Shown here piece after piece: positions 7,704 through 17,317 of a DNA stretch of 43,117 bases. The notes under the pieces were generated by a model. That model saw nothing but the letters and a program-made list of their open reading frames with translations, did not search any database and was not told the origin of the DNA. Made by a program: the position numbers and the translations under genes. Numbering within the stretch: the first letter of the stretch is position 1; every line of letters begins with the position of its first letter. The DNA comes from a virus, in IMG/VR virus record IMGVR_UViG_3300035494_000025, positions 1 to 43,117 of that record. One strand, given 5' to 3'.

Positions 7704-9625
7704 TGTCTGGTAGTATGTTTGGTGGTCAAGCCATGAGTAATGCTCTTCAAAGTGGTTTAAATGCTTATGCAACTGTGGAGAATATAAAAACTAGTATTCA
7801 AGATAGACAACTTAGAGCTAAAGCTGCAGCAGATGAAGCTAAACTTAGGGCTGAGCAGATAAAAGGAGCGCAAAGCCAAAACGTAATAGCTTCAGCTCAG
7901 GCTGCAGGCTATGAACAGCTTAAAGCCGAATTAGATAGCTTAAAAAGTCAGCTACAAGCAGAGCAAGGTGATAAAGCCAAAACATTAGTAGCTAATGTAT
8001 TAACAGCTAAAATTCCTACAGAACAAAATGATGCACTTAGAATATTTAAAAGCCGTGCGCCTAAATCTGTGCTAGATGCTTTAGATATTAAAGATGTTGG
8101 TAATTTATCTTTACTTAGTGAACATGATATTAAAGACACAAAAGCGTATTTAGCTAAACTACCAGGAGTAGATGCTACAACATTAACTGATGATAATGTT
8201 AAGAAAGTAATTGATGAAGGTTTCTTAATTAAAAATGGCGGCCAAATAGTAGATATTAGTGCTGTTTCTGCTCAAATGGGTGTATATGATACTTTAACTA
8301 AAGAACAAAAAGCTTATCTGGAAGACTCTAGTGCTAGGATACGGAATATTATAGCTCCTAATAAAGATGGAGCTACTCCAGTAGCACAAAGTAATGGAGC
8401 TACTCCAGTAGTACAAAGTCCTGAAGCTACTCCAGCAGTACAAAGTAATGGAGCTACTCCAGTAGCGCCTAATAAAGACTTTGCACCTAGTACTGCCTCT
8501 ACAGTAGATACAGAGGCTTTAAAAGCTGAGATTAACAAACGTGCTAGACAATTAGCTGGAATACCTGCTGATGCTGACAATAGGGTAGCATTAGAGAAAG
8601 AACTTGACTATATAACAAAGCAATTTCCAGGTCAAGATGCTGTTGAAATTTATAGACAGCTAAAACGTTCAAGTAGTGGTGGTTCCCTTGCATGGGATGA
8701 AAGAGTCTTGGAGATGGAAAAAACCATTATGAGAAATGAGGGCATTTCAGAGGGTAGTACTGAATGGAATTCCAGGTTAGCCAAAACAATGGAGCAAATT
8801 AATACTAAGCAGCTGCAAGGTGTTGGTAGTAATGTAACTAGGGATGATATAGAAATAGCAACTAATGCACAAGCATTCGGTAGTATGATTATTAGTAGTA
8901 ATAGCGGTAATGGTTACGTTATTCCTAAGAATGCACAAGAAGTAGAAAATAGATTTATGACTACTGAGCAATTTACAGCTGGTGGCATAAATAAAGACTT
9001 TAAGGATTTTAAAGCTCAATATGCTTCAACTGCTAAGATAGTTGATTTAAGTGCAAGAGTAGATGATTATATAAAAAGAGGAGGTAACTTAGGTATTGAA
9101 AAGTCTATAATGACTACATTTGCCACTAAACTACCTCAGTTTGTTAAAGATACTATACCTGAAGATATAGCAGCTATGGATGCAAAAGATATTGCTGAGA
9201 GTATGGGTATTAAAGGTGAGTCTACATTAATCATCGGTGAAATGGTTAAAGCTATGTATGGTGGTCAGGCGTCTAATAGAGATAGGGAAACATTTGAAGC
9301 TGTAATTAGGAATGGCGCATGGGATAACAATTTTGCTATTCAAGAGAGCTTAAGAAATATGGCTAATGTTACCATTAAATCTACTAAAACAAGTGGTGAG
9401 AAATTAATACAGGCTGGTATGGTATACACTCCTGCCAAGTATATTAATGAGCTAACTACACTTAAGCCTAAGAGTAATAGTAATAAGCCTAGTGTAAATA
9501 ATAAGCCTACTGTTAATATTAAACCACTAACTGATGAAGAGAAGGCAGCTGGCTGGTCTATTAAGCAACAAAATGGTAAATACTACAAAGTCAATATGCA
9601 GACTAAGCAATATGAGGAGCTATAA
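7703..9625 (+). CDS. large virion protein (putative internal or ejection protein)
   Basis: 640 aa with a coiled-coil N-terminus. ATGs overlap or directly abut the neighbouring stops at both ends of the gene (7700-7705 and 9623-9628). No enzymatic motif recognised. Confidence 0.5.
   Translation: MSGSMFGGQAMSNALQSGLNAYATVENIKTSIQDRQLRAKAAADEAKLRAEQIKGAQSQNVIASAQAAGYEQLKAELDSLKSQLQAEQGDKAKTLVANVLTAKIPTEQNDALRIFKSRAPKSVLDALDIKDVGNLSLLSEHDIKDTKAYLAKLPGVDATTLTDDNVKKVIDEGFLIKNGGQIVDISAVSAQMGVYDTLTKEQKAYLEDSSARIRNIIAPNKDGATPVAQSNGATPVVQSPEATPAVQSNGATPVAPNKDFAPSTASTVDTEALKAEINKRARQLAGIPADADNRVALEKELDYITKQFPGQDAVEIYRQLKRSSSGGSLAWDERVLEMEKTIMRNEGISEGSTEWNSRLAKTMEQINTKQLQGVGSNVTRDDIEIATNAQAFGSMIISSNSGNGYVIPKNAQEVENRFMTTEQFTAGGINKDFKDFKAQYASTAKIVDLSARVDDYIKRGGNLGIEKSIMTTFATKLPQFVKDTIPEDIAAMDAKDIAESMGIKGESTLIIGEMVKAMYGGQASNRDRETFEAVIRNGAWDNNFAIQESLRNMANVTIKSTKTSGEKLIQAGMVYTPAKYINELTTLKPKSNSNKPSVNNKPTVNIKPLTDEEKAAGWSIKQQNGKYYKVNMQTKQYEEL
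8353..8479 (+). repeat. In-frame 27-nt tandem repeat (3.7 units, GATPVAQSN) flanked by APNKD
   Basis: Units lie at 8369, 8396, 8423 and 8450 (ggagctactccagtagcacaaagtaat and variants), bracketed by cctaataaaga on both sides. Confidence 0.9.
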
Positions 9626-12532
9626 ATGGGCTTTGATTTCAACGCAGAATATACAGATGTGGATGCTACTGATGTAGTAGATGCACCTGTAACTAGTGCT
9701 AATACTACTACATCTGGATTTGATTTTAATGCAGAGTACACAGACGTTAGTGATGACTCAACCACTCCTATACCTGCTGAAACAGCTACAGTATCTAGCG
9801 CAAAAGATGCTTCGGGTGGGTTTTTAGGTCTTAGTATATTTAGTGGTCCTACGTACAATAAGACTCCTGAGTATAAAAAGGCATTTGATGCTAAGATGCA
9901 AGAACTTAAACTAGCTAAAGAGGAGAAGCGTAAGCAGGAACTCAAGCTAGATGAGGAAAAAGCTACAGCAATTAAAGGCAAGCAGTATAAAGAGACTGAA
10001 CTATCTGAGCAGTTCTTACCGGAAATATTTACTGGCAAGAAGTATACAACTGATAGCATAATGGGATTTGCTGCAAAAAGACGTAGAGAACTGCAAGAGT
10101 CAGGATTTACTGGTAATGTAGACCACCAAATAATTAGTGATCTGGCAGCCAAAGGTGCTACTACACTAGATATTCAAGAGTATTCACAAAACTCTAGAGG
10201 TGTATTGACCGGTGCACAAATGGCAAAAGCTGTATTAGACCCGGTAAATCTCGGTATGGAATTTATGGATACGTTGCAGGAGAGAGTAGTAAGTCCTTTT
10301 GTAAGTAGAGCTATGGAATATAAGCATGCTGTATTTTCTATTGCTGCTGACGTATCTCGTATATCCGAAGGCTTAGGCTTGATAGAAGAGGGTACAGTAG
10401 CTAAAGCCCAAAAAGCTATAACAGAGTCTAGAGCAGTGGAGGATGCTATAGTAGCTGACTACAAAGCAACATATGGTAACTCAGGTGTTAGTACTTTAAT
10501 GACTGCAGCAGAGTTAATAAACTTAGCCCGTTATGCTCCAGTAGGCGCAAGTGGTTCACTTAGTTGGACAAAGATGGCTTTTGCCGATGGAGCCTATGCT
10601 GCGTTTAAAGCAAAAGGTGATGGCTATGATGCTATACAAGCTGGTGCACACGGAGTAGGCGCCTTTGTATTAACAAAAGGGTTAGGTAAAGTACTAGATA
10701 CAGCTCCAGCTATTTGGAATACACTAAAGGGCTCTAACCCTAACTTAAAGAGTATAGAGCAGCTTAGTGACCTACCGTCTAAACATATGAAAGCTGTAAG
10801 AGAACTGCAACGTATTAATGGGTGGGATGATAAGCAAACTATTGAAATTATAAATGGGTTTAGAGAGGGTACAGCTACTGGTAAAATTAATGCATTAGAA
10901 ACTGTACGTCTATTAGCTCAGAACTCATATGATGCATCTGGTAGAGAACTATTTAAAGACTCTATTTTATACAATAGTAAGGCAGCTACTACATTCTTGG
11001 ATGAGACTACAGCTAGGTCTAACAATATACTAAAGTTAGTAGATAGCCAGACAACTCTAGGTAAGATACTTAACCAGAATAAACTAGCTAGACACGGTAA
11101 AGTATCTATTGATTGGCGTGGAGTACAAGTAGCAGCTGAGAAAGCTGGTATTAATATGAACTCTACTATTATGAAACGTATTGCTAAGAACGCTGACGCT
11201 TTTGAAGATTGGGACTTAGCTTATCATAAGATGATAGTAAACAAACTTGGTGGTGTACCTAATACTATAGGAGAGACTATAGCTAAAACAGCGTACCAGC
11301 TTACTGAAGCAGCTGTAGGTAAAGCTTTTGCTAATATGATGCATACAGCAATATTAGTTCCTATTACACCAGCTAAAGCTATGGTAAGAATAGCAAAGGA
11401 GTTGGTACCATATAGTACAATTAGAACAAAAATTACTAAAATGGTATCAGAGTCTTTAGTATCAGGTAAGCCTATAAACCCTATACAAATTAGAGCTGAG
11501 TTTAAACGTGCTAATCCTTATCTTACTGACGCACAGTTAGATAAGGAGCTTGCTAAAGTTGTAGATTTGTCCCAAAAGTCAAAGAGGCAAATCATAAAAG
11601 AAGAGCAAGCAAGAATAGCTAAAGATGAAGCAGCCGCTAAAGCCAGAGCCACTGCTGAAAACCTTAAATGGCAGAAGATGTCTGATGAGGAGGCTAACAT
11701 AGCCTATAGGGATGAAGAAGCTAGAATGAAAGCTTTATCTATGGAAAGAGCTCAAAAAGAAGCAGATGATACTGCTATGGCTGAAGCTACAATGACTAAA
11801 GTTAAAGATGAATTTGCAACAGCTAAAACAATAGCGAGCTTTGAAAGGGAGAAAGCTAAGTCAGATTTAGTGGCAGCCAAGGTAGCATATAAAGCACGCC
11901 AAGTAGATTTGAAAGCGGCAAAGAAAGCTGAGAAAGCTAATCCTAATAAGCAAACTGTTGAAGCTGTACAGCAGGCTACTGAAGCTGTTAAGAAAGCTCA
12001 TACTGATGTAGCTAATGCTATAGGCAAAACCGAAGTTAAAGAAGCGTTAAAAACGCCTACTACTATTAAGTATAGTAATAAGGCTAGAACTGCTGTAAAG
12101 AGTAATATAAATGTAGAAATGAAGGGTGCAACTGAAGAAGGTAAGGCAGCCTCTAGAGTTGCCAGAGAAGTTACTTCTATTCATGCTTTCGGTAAGGAGT
12201 TTACTGATGCATTTAATATTGCACATAAGGATGGCACAACATTTAGTAGCTATTTAATTAAAAACGCATCTAAGGTAGATGCAAAACAAGTTAAAGAATA
12301 CTATATGTTAAATCCTAGTAGATTAGCTGATGGTAGGTTCGGTATACCTAAATCTATACAAGCTAAGTTTGATATACCTCAAAGATATATCAAAGTGCCT
12401 AAATCTATATCAGACAGTGCAATTAAAGAAGCTAGTAAACCGTTAGCTAAACAGAGTGTAGAGATGCAAGCTGAAAATAGATTAGGCATGGCAAAGACTG
12501 GTAAGTCAACTAACCCTAAAGGATGTAAATAA
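9626..12532 (+). CDS. very large virion protein (putative internal or ejection protein)
   Basis: 968 aa. The N-terminus carries a duplicated GFDFNAEYTDV motif (nt 9629-9661 and 9716-9748). There is a long K/A/E coiled-coil region at about aa 640-800. Its position matches podovirus ejection-protein genes. Confidence 0.5.
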   Translation: MGFDFNAEYTDVDATDVVDAPVTSANTTTSGFDFNAEYTDVSDDSTTPIPAETATVSSAKDASGGFLGLSIFSGPTYNKTPEYKKAFDAKMQELKLAKEEKRKQELKLDEEKATAIKGKQYKETELSEQFLPEIFTGKKYTTDSIMGFAAKRRRELQESGFTGNVDHQIISDLAAKGATTLDIQEYSQNSRGVLTGAQMAKAVLDPVNLGMEFMDTLQERVVSPFVSRAMEYKHAVFSIAADVSRISEGLGLIEEGTVAKAQKAITESRAVEDAIVADYKATYGNSGVSTLMTAAELINLARYAPVGASGSLSWTKMAFADGAYAAFKAKGDGYDAIQAGAHGVGAFVLTKGLGKVLDTAPAIWNTLKGSNPNLKSIEQLSDLPSKHMKAVRELQRINGWDDKQTIEIINGFREGTATGKINALETVRLLAQNSYDASGRELFKDSILYNSKAATTFLDETTARSNNILKLVDSQTTLGKILNQNKLARHGKVSIDWRGVQVAAEKAGINMNSTIMKRIAKNADAFEDWDLAYHKMIVNKLGGVPNTIGETIAKTAYQLTEAAVGKAFANMMHTAILVPITPAKAMVRIAKELVPYSTIRTKITKMVSESLVSGKPINPIQIRAEFKRANPYLTDAQLDKELAKVVDLSQKSKRQIIKEEQARIAKDEAAAKARATAENLKWQKMSDEEANIAYRDEEARMKALSMERAQKEADDTAMAEATMTKVKDEFATAKTIASFEREKAKSDLVAAKVAYKARQVDLKAAKKAEKANPNKQTVEAVQQATEAVKKAHTDVANAIGKTEVKEALKTPTTIKYSNKARTAVKSNINVEMKGATEEGKAASRVAREVTSIHAFGKEFTDAFNIAHKDGTTFSSYLIKNASKVDAKQVKEYYMLNPSRLADGRFGIPKSIQAKFDIPQRYIKVPKSISDSAIKEASKPLAKQSVEMQAENRLGMAKTGKSTNPKGCK

Positions 12533-13530
12533 TGGAATGTTCATTAGCAGACAGAGTAAAAGACCTAGTAGATGATATAGCAGTGCCTGAAGAGGCACTG
12601 CTTAGACGTATAGAGTCTACTGATGCTAGAAAATTTAGAGCAGCTAATGGTGAGCTTAAAGATAAACGTAAAGTACTTCAGTCTGAGATTGATAAGCTTA
12701 CTAAACAGTATATTGCACTAACTGATGGCATTAAGCAATATCCTATAAATCCTAACACTGGGGAGTACATTGTGCCTAAGTCACATATAGATTTAGATAA
12801 TAAGCTATATGAACTTAACAAGCAACTAGAGGATTTAGACGATACAATAGAGTCAGCAATGTACAACATGAGTACCTTTAAACCTTCTGTAGTATTTAAA
12901 GGTACTGGGTCTAATAAAGTAGATAGAGGGATAGACTATAGTGAGTGGGATGATGTAATAGCTGACTATACTAATTTATCTTATGTTGATGATATAGCTA
13001 ATATTAGAGCTGGTAGGGACGACCCAGGAGGGATTAGTAAATTCTTAGACAATGCTGAGCAGAACTTCAAAGGTACAGTATATAGAGGCTCTAGATTAAA
13101 GTCAACGCAACTTGATGAGTTAAAAGCAGTTATGACTAAAGGCTCTATTATTACAAATAAAGCTCCTATGAGTACATCAGTAGACCCGAAAGTTGCTGTT
13201 GAATTTTCACGTGGCAGTCCTCTACAAGGTAAGAAACATGCTATATTTACTTTTAAAACAACTGGGCACGACATAAAGAAATACTCTACAGTTGTAGAAG
13301 AAGATGAAGTCCTATTATCCCATAACAAATATTTCCAAGTTATAGAAATGTTTGAAACTGACATGCAGGTACATGTATTAATGGAAGAGATACACCCAGA
13401 GGTAGTAAAGGCTATGAAAGAAAACCCTGAATTTGCTAGTACTTTAAAGACTGCTAGCAACAAGATACTAAGTGCTTTAGGCTTAGGCCTAGGCGCTAAA
13501 GCTATATCAAACAATGAAGGAGAGTTATAA
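12532..13530 (+). CDS. ADP-ribosyltransferase, R-S-E class (C3/Vip2-like), with an N-terminal coiled-coil extension
   Basis: The triad is in the correct order and spacing: VYRG (R185), MSTS (S214-T215-S216) and EEDEVLLSHNKYF (E257-x-E259). The last closely resembles the C3 exoenzyme ARTT/ExE block E-Y-E-V-L-L-N-H. Confidence 0.75.
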   Translation: MECSLADRVKDLVDDIAVPEEALLRRIESTDARKFRAANGELKDKRKVLQSEIDKLTKQYIALTDGIKQYPINPNTGEYIVPKSHIDLDNKLYELNKQLEDLDDTIESAMYNMSTFKPSVVFKGTGSNKVDRGIDYSEWDDVIADYTNLSYVDDIANIRAGRDDPGGISKFLDNAEQNFKGTVYRGSRLKSTQLDELKAVMTKGSIITNKAPMSTSVDPKVAVEFSRGSPLQGKKHAIFTFKTTGHDIKKYSTVVEEDEVLLSHNKYFQVIEMFETDMQVHVLMEEIHPEVVKAMKENPEFASTLKTASNKILSALGLGLGAKAISNNEGEL

Positions 13531-14027
13531 TGGCTGATTTAACATGTGGTGAAAATGGTTCTAATGGTCAAGCAGTAATAGGTCGTATTAATAGTAATAC
13601 AGCTAGAATAGATGCCTTAGAGTCTGCGAATGTATTATTAGATGATAGACTAGATTACATTGAGGGTAACTATAGATTTATTTATGATGTACATGGTGCA
13701 TCTGCTGATATTGGGGAAGTGTATGAAACTTTAGCTAATATTAGTACATCTATTACAGCTGGTGTATATATGGTAACAGTATATATACTGTACACATTAG
13801 ATGATGATAACCATAGTGCTATATTCAGGCTGACTAGAGCTAGTGGTAGTCAAGTTATGACGCAGGAGCCTAAGGATAGGACTGATGTTACACCTATATC
13901 ATACACATATTTACATAACCAAACTGTAGATGGTGATTTTGATTTAACCTTAGAAGCTAAGAAAGAAGCAGGAGCTGGTACATTTAATATTATTGAATGT
14001 GGCTTAATTGTAGATAAGAGAGCTTAA
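13530..14027 (+). CDS. hypothetical structural protein (165 aa)
   Basis: ATG overlaps the upstream stop. RBS gaaggag. It is the last gene of the plus arm. Confidence 0.5.
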   Translation: MADLTCGENGSNGQAVIGRINSNTARIDALESANVLLDDRLDYIEGNYRFIYDVHGASADIGEVYETLANISTSITAGVYMVTVYILYTLDDDNHSAIFRLTRASGSQVMTQEPKDRTDVTPISYTYLHNQTVDGDFDLTLEAKKEAGAGTFNIIECGLIVDKRA

Positions 14028-14037
14028 TTGCTCTCTT
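14016..14037. terminator. Hairpin at the convergence point of the two arms (bidirectional terminator candidate)
   Basis: AAGAGAGC-ttaatt-GCTCTCTT, an 8-bp stem. It spans the overlapping stop codons of the plus gene (TAA 14025-14027) and the minus gene (14024-14026). Confidence 0.5.
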
Positions 14038-14272
14038 CTGCCTCAGAGTAAGTTTCTCTTACTCTATCTTGTATGTACTCTAAGCCTTGCTTCATAGAGT
14101 CTACTAACATAGCAACTTTAGCTTTTGCTTCGCCTTCATCTGTACCGAATACAAACTCATTTACTGTACCGCCAGGTACTTTAAACTCTACTGTAAACAC
14201 CCCATCTTCAGGCCTTTTTACCACTTTAACTGTCATTAATGACTCTTCAAATTGTACATAGTTATCTTGCAT
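14024..14272 (-). CDS. hypothetical protein (82 aa)
   Basis: ORF track entry. Acidic protein and last gene of the minus arm. Confidence 0.5.
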   Translation of the reverse strand: MQDNYVQFEESLMTVKVVKRPEDGVFTVEFKVPGGTVNEFVFGTDEGEAKAKVAMLVDSMKQGLEYIQDRVRETYSEAEESN

Positions 14273-14750
14273 TTATACCCTCCCAGAATTTAATAGCTTT
14301 TATTATTGTGTTACATTTAACGCCATCCCTTATACGCCAATCAACTACCAGATTAGATTTAAGGTTTTCTCTTAATAACTTTAATCTCTCATCTATTACC
14401 TCCTGTGGTATTTGTATTACATCATTAGTACCATATAAGTACATATTAGATTTGTCTTTATCTATGGTCATTATTACTTCCTTAATCTCGTCTACCTTAA
14501 CAGCACATACTGCTATACCATATGCATCAGATATACTGCTTAAATTTATCTTTTGCAACTCACTAAGGTTATTCCTAGTTGTAGGAGTCTTAACCTCTAT
14601 ACCGATGAATGTACCTTTATAGCATGCTACTATATCTGGTACGCCCTTTTTACCAGCTGATACTACCTTAATAGTATAAGCTCCTACACTATTAAGATAT
14701 TTAAGTATCTTGGATTGATAATCCTGCTCTTTCATTAATTGATATCCCAA
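14262..14750 (-). CDS. VRR-NUC / PD-(D/E)xK nuclease
   Basis: GKKGVPDIVACYKGTFIGIEVKTP contains the PD...(E)xK signature of VRR-NUC domains. Confidence 0.6.
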   Translation of the reverse strand: MGYQLMKEQDYQSKILKYLNSVGAYTIKVVSAGKKGVPDIVACYKGTFIGIEVKTPTTRNNLSELQKINLSSISDAYGIAVCAVKVDEIKEVIMTIDKDKSNMYLYGTNDVIQIPQEVIDERLKLLRENLKSNLVVDWRIRDGVKCNTIIKAIKFWEGINAR

Positions 14751-15607
14751 ACAGATTTATCATGCCTAATAAATTTATAAGTAGGCTGTATGTAGGTATC
14801 TAATATTTGCTCATACTTAATCTCTATTACCTTATCTATAAAATACGAATGGTCCATCATGCGGTCCGCATCACTAAGCCCACTTCCTACATTAACTGTA
14901 CGACCTTCAGAGTCTTCAAGTATAAGAGCACCAATTAGCCCTGCGTACTTACCCTCACCCTCAGTAACCCCTACGCATATAAGGTCTGCTGTTGGTCTGT
15001 CTTTATACTTTACAAATGATACCTTTCTACTCTTTGTATTTTCCCACTTCCAGTTAGGGTCCATAAGCATTAAGCCTTCCCAACCAGCAGTAGTAACCTC
15101 ATCCATATAAGCATCTAGAACTCCATGGTTTAGTAGTATCTTGCATTCAACTATATTTGCTATAGGTATTCCGGAACTTAGTATAGACGCCATCCTATCA
15201 GTATAAGGTCTATTACTATACCCTGACTCATACTCATCTATTGTCAAGTAGTCAAATACTTTGTACGTATGTTTAGTAGACTTTTGGTCTGCCTTAGGCC
15301 CAGTTAGGTTACATTTAACCCTATCACCTTTTTTACCTTTGCTGCCTATTCTCTCAGCTAGATACCACCCATCGTAAAGTACATTCTTAAATATATCTCC
15401 GCCAGAGTCTGTATGCTTATATGTAAGCCCCCCACTAGTATAATGGGTTATACTACCTTTATGTACTTTAGTAGCTGTGTAGTTACCGTCATACTTAATA
15501 CCTGCAAGCATAGGAAACTTTAGTTGTTTCTTTAATAACTTTCCTTGTCTGTGATTGTTATACAGTTCATTAAGGTCTAAAGCCTTATTTATCTTAGCAC
15601 TAATCAT
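14735..15607 (-). CDS. ATP-dependent DNA ligase
   Basis: Motif I AGIKYDGN (KxDG), motif IV-like EGLMLMD and motif V-like KYKDRPTADLICVG. 290 aa, the size of minimal phage ligases. Confidence 0.85.
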   Translation of the reverse strand: MISAKINKALDLNELYNNHRQGKLLKKQLKFPMLAGIKYDGNYTATKVHKGSITHYTSGGLTYKHTDSGGDIFKNVLYDGWYLAERIGSKGKKGDRVKCNLTGPKADQKSTKHTYKVFDYLTIDEYESGYSNRPYTDRMASILSSGIPIANIVECKILLNHGVLDAYMDEVTTAGWEGLMLMDPNWKWENTKSRKVSFVKYKDRPTADLICVGVTEGEGKYAGLIGALILEDSEGRTVNVGSGLSDADRMMDHSYFIDKVIEIKYEQILDTYIQPTYKFIRHDKSVWDIN

Positions 15608-15800
15608 TTACGCTTACCCTCATACTGTGTCTATTTCTGTACACTATAGTATCTCCTTTATTTATATGCTTACGCATTATCTTATCTAGCTCTAACTTAG
15701 CATCATACAAGTCATTGCCATATACTATTGTCTCGCCTGCATTAGGTTGTCTAGCTACTCTATTAGCTAGACTAACACATACATATTTAATCTGTTTCAT
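15600..15800 (-). CDS. hypothetical protein (66 aa)
   Basis: ORF track entry, overlapping both neighbouring genes by a few nt. Confidence 0.45.
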   Translation of the reverse strand: MKQIKYVCVSLANRVARQPNAGETIVYGNDLYDAKLELDKIMRKHINKGDTIVYRNRHSMRVSVND

Positions 15801-17026
15801 AACTGCTCCTTTTTAAATAGACTATCTATAAAGTTTGTTTTGTTTACACTAACAGTAGTATAGACTTGCTCACTAATTGCGCCTTTAACTAAATAGAAGT
15901 GTACCTTTATCGGTGTGCTTCTAGCCTTATTAGCTTGCCTTGCTCTACGCTGACTATGTCTAGCTGTTGAAAAATCTTGGCTATAAATAATTAAATGCTC
16001 AAATGCACTAAGGTCTACACCCTCAGCATAACTTGTACCTTGTAGTAATGTAGCATTTTTAAAATGCTTTGATAATTTAGTTCCCTCAGCAATATAGTTA
16101 TACATTATTACTATATCTTTAGAGTCACCAAAGTCTTTTAATATTGCATCAACTTTATCAGTTAAATCCAATACATGATAATTGTCACCATCTTTTACTA
16201 CTCCACCCTCTAACATATGTAATGAAGTTCGTAGCTTCATTGGACTATCTAGTGGTATAACTAGATTTCCATATTTAAGTACCTCATCTTTAATACATTT
16301 ATTATACACATCTTTAGTCTTATCGCTAAGTTCAATATAATGTAGTATATCCTCAGGCTCATGCTCAAAGTCTAGTGCTCGTCTAGTATATGATATAAAC
16401 AAATGTTTTACACTGTCCCACACATCATCTTTACACTTACTATAAGTTTCTTGTAAACCATATGGAGTTCTAACCTTATTAGGTATTCCATAATCATTAA
16501 ACCACTTATAAAAGTTAACATATTTAGCCCAAGGACTCCAATTAGATAAAGCCAATTGATTAAATAGTAGTTGATATCCTTGGGCATTTGGTGTAGCTGA
16601 TAAATACACTATTGGTAACCCTTTGGTTAGTGCTTTTACCGACTTCCATATTGTGCCTCTTTTAGGATACGCCGATAAGTAACTATGAGATTCGTCCAAT
16701 ATTACCATATCAAATTCAGGTTTTAACTTTACTGCACTATGGTAATTAGTAACATATATTTGCTTGCCATTTAACTTGAAAGCTTCTGCTGCTCCTATAG
16801 TTACAGGTTTATTACCTGAGTATGCTTGTAATGTTTTAATCCAATCTTTTAGTGATTTCTTTTTAGTTAATACTAAACATTTATTTCTACTGGTTAGCTC
16901 AAATGTTAGTATACTAATAAGTGTTTTACCTGTACGTTCCTCTAGTGCATAATAAATTATGCCATGTTGCTTTAGTATCTTGTAGCCATCAGATGATATA
17001 GCTATTTGGTGTTTATAAGGTTTCAT
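15797..17026 (-). CDS. SNF2/DEAD-like superfamily 2 helicase
   Basis: Motif I EERTGKT, motif II ILDESH, motif III LSATP and motif VI QRRARQAN. Confidence 0.75.
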   Translation of the reverse strand: MKPYKHQIAISSDGYKILKQHGIIYYALEERTGKTLISILTFELTSRNKCLVLTKKKSLKDWIKTLQAYSGNKPVTIGAAEAFKLNGKQIYVTNYHSAVKLKPEFDMVILDESHSYLSAYPKRGTIWKSVKALTKGLPIVYLSATPNAQGYQLLFNQLALSNWSPWAKYVNFYKWFNDYGIPNKVRTPYGLQETYSKCKDDVWDSVKHLFISYTRRALDFEHEPEDILHYIELSDKTKDVYNKCIKDEVLKYGNLVIPLDSPMKLRTSLHMLEGGVVKDGDNYHVLDLTDKVDAILKDFGDSKDIVIMYNYIAEGTKLSKHFKNATLLQGTSYAEGVDLSAFEHLIIYSQDFSTARHSQRRARQANKARSTPIKVHFYLVKGAISEQVYTTVSVNKTNFIDSLFKKEQL

Positions 17027-17252
17027 AAGGTGTATACGCTTTTAGCGCCTCCTCAGAATATGGATATACAACTATATTGTATACATCATATAACCTTTTT
17101 GCTACGTTTATGCGTGGGCAAAAATCATTGTCCTTCTGTAGCCAAATACTAATCATTGCCGTAGATACTTGCAGCTCTTCAGCTATCTTAGACCTTGTAT
17201 GCTCATTAAGCAAATCTACCATTGCCTCATTTATGTATGTAAGCATTAACAC
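17013..17252 (-). CDS. helix-turn-helix DNA-binding protein
   Basis: RSKIAEELQVSTAMISIWLQK is a typical HTH. It is the first gene downstream of the promoter/operator-like region 17253-17400. Confidence 0.55.
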   Translation of the reverse strand: MLMLTYINEAMVDLLNEHTRSKIAEELQVSTAMISIWLQKDNDFCPRINVAKRLYDVYNIVVYPYSEEALKAYTPYETL

Positions 17253-17275
17253 TCCTATTAAATTTAATTTATCTT

Positions 17276-17298
17276 ATTATATCATAAATAATCTTAAA
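17276..17298 (-). promoter_or_regulatory. Promoter-like motif TTTAAGA-N10-TATAAT with extended -10 TGATATAAT
   Basis: The minus strand reads TTTAAGATTATTTATGATATAAT, 24 nt upstream of the 17252 ATG region. The same 23-nt architecture occurs at 24382-24404, 25948-25970 and 35369-35391. Confidence 0.55.
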
Positions 17299-17317
17299 TT
17301 AAATTTAATTTAATTTA

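Noticed and set aside
9583-10152. Long antisense ORFs in the track: 844-1098, 9583-10152, 12981-13514, 14239-14622, 23143-23484, 31248-31625, 42083-42430 and the other ORFs of roughly 60-125 aa lying opposite the called genes
   Set aside because: Each is nested opposite a gene with strong motif or RBS support. They lack SD sequences and have Ser/Leu/Cys-rich compositions typical of shadow frames in AT-rich DNA.
17013-17252. Temperate lifestyle suggested by the HTH and RHH proteins and the operator-like palindromes
   Set aside because: No integrase, excisionase, partition or plasmid-prophage replication genes and no attP-like feature were found. Small DNA-binding regulators are also common in virulent phages.
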